From positions 1 through 30,988 of IMG/VR virus record IMGVR_UViG_3300037791_000048: a stretch of 30,988 nt of DNA. One strand, written 5' to 3'. This DNA is from a virus (lineage: Duplodnaviria; Caudoviricetes). Below, in pieces: positions 24,105-30,988 of the stretch (position 1 is its first letter; every line of letters starts with the position of its first letter). The translations under genes and the position numbers were made by a program. The notes under the pieces are model-generated. The model made no database searches and was not told the origin of the DNA. It was given only the letters and a program-made list of their open reading frames with translations.

Positions 24105-25859
24105 ATGGCAAACAAAACAATACAAAAAGCTAGGGCAAGAACAGCCAATAAACCAGCCACACCACCACAATCCCATGTGCATGTTTTTCAACTGAACAAC
24201 TATGTGAAACCAGTTGTGAAAGAGGAATATGGAAAGGATTGGGTACTCAATGGTAAGAACAACAGCTTTTTCAAGGATATTATTGAATTCTACAACGGTT
24301 CACCCACCAATGCTGCCATCATAAATGGTTATACCCAACTTATCTATGGTAAGGGTCTGACCATCAAGAACGATGTAAAGGGCGTTTTGGGTCTATTCCC
24401 CAAAAAGGAGGTCAAAAAAATAATCAGTGACTTCAAACTTTTTGGTTCATCCTCTTTCCAAGTGGTCTATTCCAAGGGAAAAGGAGCTTTGAGAAAGGTC
24501 ACTGGTGTATATCATGTACCAAGGGAAACGATTGCACCCAACAAAATGGATGAAGATGGTGAGATAACCAACTATTGGTACTGTAAGGATTGGAGCAACA
24601 CAACAAAGAACAAACCTATCCCATATCCAGCATTCGGGACTTCCAAAGAGGATATTGAAATATATGTCATCGAACCCTACAAGGCTGGTAAAATGTACTA
24701 TGCCGACCCTGATTATTTGGCAGGTCTGCAATATGCAAAATTGGAAGAGGAAATTTCCAACTACTTCATCAACCACATCCAAAACGGATTCAGTGCAGGT
24801 TTTGTCATCAACTTCAACAATGGTATTCCCGAAAAGGAAGTACAGGATGAAATGGAGCGTGACATCAACAAAAGAACCACTGGTTCATCTGCTGCTGGAA
24901 ACGTGATAATCTCCTTCAACAACAATTCGGATACAAAAACAACGGTTGAATCATTCCCCACAAACACAAGCCATAAGAATTGGGAATCACTCACTGGTGA
25001 GGCAAGAACACAATTGTTTGTAGCCCACAGGGTAACAAGTCCGATGCTTTTCGGCATCAAGGATAAAACAGGTTTGGGAAACAACGCTGAAGAGCTTGAA
25101 ACGGCCTCAAAACTGTTGTACGGTACTGTAATCAGCCCGATGCAGGAAGAGATACTGGATGCATTCCATGAAGTGGTCGCATTCAATGGCCTAGATGTGG
25201 AAATGGAGTTCAAGCCCCTAATTGACTTTACCAAAGAGGATGGAACTACAACCAACGTTGGTGAGAACGTGGAACTAAAAAAAAAATCCAATAACGACCT
25301 AGATACCATCACTGCAAATGCACTGATTGAGCAGGGTGAGGATGAAAGTTCCATGGAGGATTACACCTTGATACATGAATCAAAAGTGGATGGTATACCC
25401 CAAAGCTCTCTTGATACCAAATTGGCCTCCACATTGAATGGAAAACCAAGTACAAGGAGCGAACAGGACAACCCCCTTTTCAGGGTAAGATATGTCTACA
25501 GCCCCAATAAGGTAAGTGACAATTCTAGGGAGTTCTGTAGGAAGATGGTACAGGCCAACAAAGTCTACAGGAAAGAAGATATAGTTGCAGCAGAGCAGCA
25601 AATTGTAAATGCTGGATTGGGAGCAAATGGCTCTGACACCTATTCAATATGGCTCTATAAAGGTGGTGTGAACTGCAAGCACTTTTGGCAAAGAAGGGTG
25701 TATTTGAAAACCAATAATTCAATCATTTCAGTAAGTGAGGCACAAAGGAAAATATTGGAACTCGAACCCGAACAAAGAAACGCTGTAAGGCTTCCCGTAA
25801 ACGAAAGGGAGGTAGCCCAATCTGCTTCAGAATCAAACAACAACTGGAAACTAAACTAA
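24105..25859 (+). CDS. Portal protein with C-terminal MuF-like extension
   Basis: SPTNAAII, NGF, HRVTSPMLFG portal-type motifs; C-terminal SREFC...GGVNCKHFW. Confidence 0.85.
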   Translation: MANKTIQKARARTANKPATPPQSHVHVFQLNNYVKPVVKEEYGKDWVLNGKNNSFFKDIIEFYNGSPTNAAIINGYTQLIYGKGLTIKNDVKGVLGLFPKKEVKKIISDFKLFGSSSFQVVYSKGKGALRKVTGVYHVPRETIAPNKMDEDGEITNYWYCKDWSNTTKNKPIPYPAFGTSKEDIEIYVIEPYKAGKMYYADPDYLAGLQYAKLEEEISNYFINHIQNGFSAGFVINFNNGIPEKEVQDEMERDINKRTTGSSAAGNVIISFNNNSDTKTTVESFPTNTSHKNWESLTGEARTQLFVAHRVTSPMLFGIKDKTGLGNNAEELETASKLLYGTVISPMQEEILDAFHEVVAFNGLDVEMEFKPLIDFTKEDGTTTNVGENVELKKKSNNDLDTITANALIEQGEDESSMEDYTLIHESKVDGIPQSSLDTKLASTLNGKPSTRSEQDNPLFRVRYVYSPNKVSDNSREFCRKMVQANKVYRKEDIVAAEQQIVNAGLGANGSDTYSIWLYKGGVNCKHFWQRRVYLKTNNSIISVSEAQRKILELEPEQRNAVRLPVNEREVAQSASESNNNWKLN

Positions 25860-25863
25860 TACA

Positions 25864-26409
25864 ATGACCACACTACTCATAACAGCTTCAGACCTAACAA
25901 AGAACAGCATTCTTGGAGGCAATATCGATGCACAAAAGTATGTCCATGTCATCAAAGAGGCTCAGATTTTCGTGATTGAGCCAATATTGGGAACAAAGCT
26001 GTACAAAAAGCTCATTGAGGATTATGAGAGCAGTTCCCTTGCAGATGACTATCTCACAATTGTGGAGGATTATATCAAGCCAATCTTGATATATGCAGTG
26101 GCAGCAGAGTTCATCTTGACCCACTCCTACAACATCTCTAATGGTGGAGTGTACAAGTCAAGCCCCGAAAACAGCGAACCAGTTTCAAAGTCCGAGGTGG
26201 ATTTCTTGGTACAGGAACAGCACAACAAATCGGATGCATACATACAGAGATTGAAGAAATACCTATGTACCGTGAACATTCCCGAATACACGAGCAGTCA
26301 GGACAACGATTATGACCTCTATCCCGATAGAACGATGCAGTACTCAGGAGGGTGGAAACTAAATGGGGGCAACAAAAGAAACGATTTTCTCAAACCAAAT
26401 GAAATGTAA
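25864..26409 (+). CDS. Probable head-tail adaptor
   Basis: 181 aa, helical; directly follows the portal. Confidence 0.55.
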   Translation: MTTLLITASDLTKNSILGGNIDAQKYVHVIKEAQIFVIEPILGTKLYKKLIEDYESSSLADDYLTIVEDYIKPILIYAVAAEFILTHSYNISNGGVYKSSPENSEPVSKSEVDFLVQEQHNKSDAYIQRLKKYLCTVNIPEYTSSQDNDYDLYPDRTMQYSGGWKLNGGNKRNDFLKPNEM

Positions 26410-26981
26410 TGCCAAACCTACTCACATCAGGGTGGAAAGTACCGTGTAAGGATACCATGGGTGGTATAAGGAAGGTCTATTTGGCTGCTTATACATACTA
26501 CCCAAGGGGCATGTTCGGTTTTGATGGTTCGGTACTTACCTCCATACCAGCAACTTTTGTACACGAGTTTGAGCTTAATGGAAGCAATAATTCCTTCAAT
26601 GACAATTACGATGGTGAAAGCTACTCGCAATCACTCACATTGGAGTTTAAAAAGAAGGATGCAGAAACATCCTTTGAAATGGAAAGGCTCAACTATTTGG
26701 AGTTAAGGGCTTTGGTGTTGGACAGGAATGGGAACTATGTGGTTCTTGGCCTTGACAACGGGCTATCCTGTGACTCACTTGATATTGATTCAGGTGGGAG
26801 CAAATCCGATTTCAATGGGTACAAACTTTCCTTCTCAGGGAAAGAACAACATCCAGCCCCTTTGGTTCGTGACCCCTTTGAAAATGGGTTCATAATCGAA
26901 GATGGAATAACAGAATATTACCAGTTCCAAAACTTGGTCGCTTTCCACTTCCAAGATGGAACAATTTACGAATTCAACTAA
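26409..26981 (+). CDS. Paralogue of the tail-tube-like protein at 23115
   Basis: Shares PCKDT-GG, Q-LTL, DRNGN and SGG-KSDFNGY-L-F. Confidence 0.8.
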   Translation: MPNLLTSGWKVPCKDTMGGIRKVYLAAYTYYPRGMFGFDGSVLTSIPATFVHEFELNGSNNSFNDNYDGESYSQSLTLEFKKKDAETSFEMERLNYLELRALVLDRNGNYVVLGLDNGLSCDSLDIDSGGSKSDFNGYKLSFSGKEQHPAPLVRDPFENGFIIEDGITEYYQFQNLVAFHFQDGTIYEFN

Positions 26982-26989
26982 AGAAACAA

Positions 26990-28900
26990 ATGTCAGTATT
27001 AACAACTAGGAACGAACTTTTAACCGCTTCAGGATTGGATTGGGTACACATTGTCGATGTATCCGATACATCTTCAAGCCCTCAGGGGACATCCAAGAAA
27101 ATCAAGTTGGACAACCTATTCGCCAACTATTTGGGATTCGATTACAGGTACTACACCAAAACCGAGGTGAACAACTTCTATTCAGGAGTGACCAACATTG
27201 CAGGTTACAACAAAAACCAATGGGATTCTGCTCTGACACCTGATGAGAACGGTGACTATACGATAGATGGTGATTTGACTTTGAACGGTAATACCTATTC
27301 ACAGGATATTTTTGTAAATGGGTTTGTGGATGCACAAATAGAACTTGTGTCCCGTGATGACGTAACAGCTTACCACAACTTAGTTTCCCTTAATGGTGAA
27401 CTTTTTTTGAACGGTGTAAGGATTTTCAATTCTGACCTTACCGAGAACCAAGGCCACATGAACCTAGAATCAGGTACAGGTGGTTTCACTTTCTCAATTC
27501 CAACCTTTGGTGATGTAATGACCATCGATACAGGGGGTAATGTTGTTGCAAACTCGTTTCAGGGGGATGGGACAAACTTGACAGGGGTTGAACTATTATC
27601 GAACAAGGGTCAGGCAAATGGGTATGTACCATTGAATGGTTCCAGTTTGATAGAAGCAGTATATCTACCTTCCTACGTTGATGATGTTTTAGAATATGCA
27701 GACTTTGCATCGTTTCCTCTAACAGGTGAAACAGGTAAAATTTACATAGACTTAGACCAAAATGATATTTACAGATGGTCAGGTTCGGTATATGTTGAAG
27801 TGGCAGGAACAGCACCTACCAATTGGGGAAGCATCACGGGAACACTTTTGAACCAAACCGATTTACAGACTGCTTTGAATGGTAAGGTGGATGTTTCAGG
27901 AGATACCATGACAGGTACATTGACAGTCCCACAATTGGAAATGAACCAATCAGCTAACTATTTCCAACCGACTACAAACGATGACAAGATTCTATTTATA
28001 GGCGGTAACGGTTCAGGTGTAAGGGATTGGAGCAATATCTTCTTTTATACTGGTGGTGTATTCAGGATGAACGGTGAGGACATAGTGACAATGAGCGAAA
28101 ATACTGGAAGGGTCAATCAGGGGAATATTGAATTTAATGGTGTTGTTACTGCAACAGGTTCCGAATCCTTTAAATCAATTGGCACTGGCACAGGAAACTC
28201 AAACATTGTTTACAATGGATTCTATACATCCGATGGCTCAACTAGACAAGGGTATATAGGATTTCCAAGTGGCACAAATGGGGATTTACTTTTAAAAAAT
28301 GATATTTCTGGTCAAAATATAGCTCTTATTGGTTTAGGAGGAAATAATGGATTGAGGTTTTATGATGGTACTTCTACTAAAACTGTTTGGCATAGTGGAA
28401 ACTCCTTCACAATGTCAGGTGATGAGGCCATATTCTCAGGGTATGTGAGGCTGGGTACAAACGAACGCTTGATACTAAACAATAAAATGAAGTTTGAGAG
28501 TGGCACTCAATCTGTATTGGATATTGTTGACAGCGACTTTATAATTCGTGATTGGGATAGGGACGGCACAGATTTGGCAACTGCTAGATTTACTTTTGGA
28601 CGTACAACAGGAAATCTTACAGCAACTGGAAATGTGATAGCCGATGACTTCATCCAATCCTCTGATGAAAGGTTGAAATCCAATATTCAACCACTTGAAT
28701 CCAAACCAATCAAAGCAGATTGGAAATCCTTCGAGATGAAGGACAGGAAAAGAGTTGGGGTCATTGCCCAAGAACTTGAACAGAACCACCCTGAATTTGT
28801 CCACACCAATGAAGAGGGCTATAAGGCCGTAAGCTACATTGATTTGTTGGTTGCCAAAATACACGAACTGGAAAACAGAATCAAACAACTTGAAGGATAA
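26990..28900 (+). CDS. Tail fibre with C-terminal intramolecular chaperone (peptidase S74-type)
   Basis: SDERLK, GVIAQE, terminal coiled coil; fibre modules LPSYVDDVLE and GDTMTG. Confidence 0.9.
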   Translation: MSVLTTRNELLTASGLDWVHIVDVSDTSSSPQGTSKKIKLDNLFANYLGFDYRYYTKTEVNNFYSGVTNIAGYNKNQWDSALTPDENGDYTIDGDLTLNGNTYSQDIFVNGFVDAQIELVSRDDVTAYHNLVSLNGELFLNGVRIFNSDLTENQGHMNLESGTGGFTFSIPTFGDVMTIDTGGNVVANSFQGDGTNLTGVELLSNKGQANGYVPLNGSSLIEAVYLPSYVDDVLEYADFASFPLTGETGKIYIDLDQNDIYRWSGSVYVEVAGTAPTNWGSITGTLLNQTDLQTALNGKVDVSGDTMTGTLTVPQLEMNQSANYFQPTTNDDKILFIGGNGSGVRDWSNIFFYTGGVFRMNGEDIVTMSENTGRVNQGNIEFNGVVTATGSESFKSIGTGTGNSNIVYNGFYTSDGSTRQGYIGFPSGTNGDLLLKNDISGQNIALIGLGGNNGLRFYDGTSTKTVWHSGNSFTMSGDEAIFSGYVRLGTNERLILNNKMKFESGTQSVLDIVDSDFIIRDWDRDGTDLATARFTFGRTTGNLTATGNVIADDFIQSSDERLKSNIQPLESKPIKADWKSFEMKDRKRVGVIAQELEQNHPEFVHTNEEGYKAVSYIDLLVAKIHELENRIKQLEG

Positions 28901-29316
28901 TGGCAGTACCAAACACAACAACATTCAGCTTGGATGACGTAAGGGTTGAGCTTGGTCTATCTGCACCAACTTCCCTTAGTGCCTGTTTTGCAGCAGCAAA
29001 CTCAGGAGGTTTTGACCCTTCCTATGAGGGCGCAAAGGATAGGCTCTCAAACTTTAGGAACTACCAACATACAATTGCAACAACTGCAATTACCATAGTT
29101 GATGAAAAAAGTTCAAGTAATGCATGTACACGTTGGACTGCAAGCCCTGAGCTTAGATACACCCTTTACATTCCCGATGGTCAAACTTTTTCCACTGCCA
29201 CGGCACTTTATTCAACTTCTGATGGACTTACACTCGCACCTGCTGATTGGTATTCAAATGGTACACATGCAAGGGCTTGGAGTGGTTCAGCATTTACAGT
29301 GACAAACCTTTGTTAA
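28900..29316 (+). CDS. Fibre-associated protein, candidate tip adhesin
   Basis: Coupled to the fibre gene; SLDDVRVELG...LSNF N-terminus; C-terminal Cys-bounded module. Confidence 0.6.
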   Translation: MAVPNTTTFSLDDVRVELGLSAPTSLSACFAAANSGGFDPSYEGAKDRLSNFRNYQHTIATTAITIVDEKSSSNACTRWTASPELRYTLYIPDGQTFSTATALYSTSDGLTLAPADWYSNGTHARAWSGSAFTVTNLC

Positions 29317-29891
29317 TGAGAAAATACATTCGATACATAATCATTGCCATACTGTTGGCCTTATTGGTATTCAGGAAAAATGAAACCACCATCATAACGA
29401 TTCCCGAAAAGAAAGGAAGCTTTGAGAAGGTAGACCCTGACCCAATTGTCCACTATGACACCATATATGAGGCAGGTGAAACCAAAATAAAGGAAGTACC
29501 CAATCCCATCAACCAAGAGCTTTTAGCCGAGTACAACAGCTTAAAAGATTCAATAGCTAAACAGGAGTTCGTTGAGGATGCAATCACTGAAAGAACCTAC
29601 AGGGAAACCTATCAGGATTCTAACCAAGAGATAACCGTGGAAACCGAGGTAATCGGTACGATGAAAAGTCAAAAGGTTGATTACACGGTATTTGAGCAAC
29701 AAACTGAAATAAGCACTTCTAAGAGCAGTTTGAGATTGGATGGAGGTGTATTCACATCAATTCCAACAAACGCCACTACAGCACCATCAATAGGGGTCAA
29801 ACTGAACCTTATGACTCCCAAACAAACCTACTCAATTGGATATGATAACCAAAAAAACATTGTGGCTGGAATAGCCTTTAAAATTTTCTAA
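29316..29891 (+). CDS. Membrane-anchored lysis-cassette protein, spanin candidate
   Basis: TAATG start; N-terminal TM IIIAILLALLVF; C-terminal amphipathic strands ending in Phe. Confidence 0.55.
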   Translation: MRKYIRYIIIAILLALLVFRKNETTIITIPEKKGSFEKVDPDPIVHYDTIYEAGETKIKEVPNPINQELLAEYNSLKDSIAKQEFVEDAITERTYRETYQDSNQEITVETEVIGTMKSQKVDYTVFEQQTEISTSKSSLRLDGGVFTSIPTNATTAPSIGVKLNLMTPKQTYSIGYDNQKNIVAGIAFKIF

Positions 29892-29907
29892 AATATAGCA
29901 TATAATT

Positions 29908-30309
29908 ATGTGGGATACAATCAAAGAAATATTGCCTTGGGCATTAGGGATAATTGGAACTATAACAGCTTTGAAAAAAGATTGGATTCAAAACCAGCTA
30001 TCCAAGGATAAGAACGAAATAGCATTGGAAGTAAACAAAGAGGAACTTGAAGCAGCCAATTTGGACAACGTGGAAAAATCACTCAACATCTTCAAAGAAA
30101 TGCTAGATACGAACACTGTTCATTATCAGAACAGGATAAAAGAATTGGAACAGACCTTTGACTCCACCATCACTAAGTTGAAGGGGGAGATTGATGAGTT
30201 ACAGACCTTGGTTGAAAATCAGAAAAAGTTCATCGTGAAGCAATCCAAGTCATTGGATTATTATGAACGAAAATACGGTAAGAGAACTGACCAATCAGAA
30301 TCAAAATAA
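29908..30309 (+). CDS. Holin-like protein (N-terminal TM plus coiled coil)
   Basis: ILPWALGIIGTITAL; directly before the endolysin. Confidence 0.5.
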   Translation: MWDTIKEILPWALGIIGTITALKKDWIQNQLSKDKNEIALEVNKEELEAANLDNVEKSLNIFKEMLDTNTVHYQNRIKELEQTFDSTITKLKGEIDELQTLVENQKKFIVKQSKSLDYYERKYGKRTDQSESK

Positions 30310-30315
30310 AAACCG

Positions 30316-30858
30316 ATGAAAAATCTTAGCCTATACATAAGGAACAGGGAACAGTACCCAATTGAGTACCAAGCTTTCAAGCAGATGTTCAAGCATACCT
30401 TGAAGTGGGAAGGTGGAAGCAAGCTTCACAAAGTTGATGGTGATTCGGGTGGATGGACACTTTACGGTGTAGCCTACAGCAAGAACAAACACTTGTTTGA
30501 ATCCTTGGATGACTTCTTTGATACAACCTATGATGAAGCTGTACTGGTGGCATTTACAGAGTATTACTTGGCAATCAAAGCCCATCTTCTTCCAAAGGAT
30601 GCACAACTGATGTATTTTGATATGGCCTACAACTTGGGAGCATACAGAGCGACAAGATACATGCAACGTTGTGCAGGTGTAATTGATGATGGTATCATCG
30701 GGAAGATTACCATTTCAAAGATGCATTGTGTTACAAAGGAATGCCTATATGAGCAAAGAAACAACTGGTACAACTATTTGGCTAGAACCAAATCATGGGC
30801 AAAGAAATTCATAAAGGGTTGGCTCAACCGTTCCAAGGCGATTTTGCAAATCGGGTAG
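30316..30858 (+). CDS. Endolysin, glycosyl hydrolase family 108
   Basis: EGG...D-GG-T-YGV; FDMAYN-G; DGIIG; F-KGWLNR. Confidence 0.9.
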   Translation: MKNLSLYIRNREQYPIEYQAFKQMFKHTLKWEGGSKLHKVDGDSGGWTLYGVAYSKNKHLFESLDDFFDTTYDEAVLVAFTEYYLAIKAHLLPKDAQLMYFDMAYNLGAYRATRYMQRCAGVIDDGIIGKITISKMHCVTKECLYEQRNNWYNYLARTKSWAKKFIKGWLNRSKAILQIG

Positions 30859-30877
30859 AAAATTGTATCTTTAAATT

Positions 30878-30988
30878 ATGGAAATTGCAAAGGCAATCAT
30901 AGAATTGATAAGTGAGCTGCTCGTCTTCGGAGCTGCTGGATTCACTTTTTCCTCTTCCCTAAAAAAAAATCTTACTTCACTTGCATAG
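30878..30988 (+). CDS. Small hydrophobic peptide (36 aa); absent from the ORF track
   Basis: MEIAKAIIELISELLVFGAAGFTFSSSLKKNLTSLA; preceded by TTTG-N19-TATCTTTA. Confidence 0.4.
   Translation: MEIAKAIIELISELLVFGAAGFTFSSSLKKNLTSLA

Larger units (their letters stand above)
1..30988. mobile_element. Temperate tailed phage/prophage, probably siphovirus-like with a Bacteroidota host; true ends not determinable
   Basis: Integrase, terminase, portal, protease, capsid, tail, fibre and endolysin genes; no obvious host housekeeping genes; Bacteroidota-type promoters. Confidence 0.93.

Noticed and set aside
24414-24420. Other A7 runs in coding regions
   Set aside because: Short, expected in Lys-rich AT-rich genes and not at evident domain boundaries
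1-30988. CRISPR array, tRNA, diversity-generating retroelement or invertible fibre cassette
   Set aside because: No spaced repeats, cloverleaf, reverse transcriptase or invertase seen; the shared Cys module differs at all base types, not only adenines

Overview
A compact (~31 kb) temperate tailed phage or prophage, most likely siphovirus-like with a Bacteroidota (Flavobacteriaceae-type) host, judged from TTTG-N19-21-TAnnTTTG promoters and protein families. Layout: large serine integrase; an AT-rich island of small membrane proteins and a lipoprotein; a control region with opposed promoters; an early operon led by a minimal T7-RNAP/PolA-fold protein, followed by NUMOD4/HNH and PD-(D/E)XK proteins, an ECF-like sigma factor and TerS/TerL; three late blocks (tail, head, portal/fibre/lysis); and a GH108 endolysin. 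The strongest unexplained signals are: (1) a short antisense RNA with its own promoter and terminator over a switchable leader of the polymerase-like gene, with no CI-type repressor in the window; (2) a CTTCCA-N15-TGTTTCCTAT motif abutting the start codon of each late block; (3) two homopolymer recoding sites (T9 in the tail chaperone, A10 between the portal and a MuF-like domain); (4) an unannotated 34-aa toxin-like peptide with its own promoter and terminator. All family calls come from motif recognition by eye; no searches were run.
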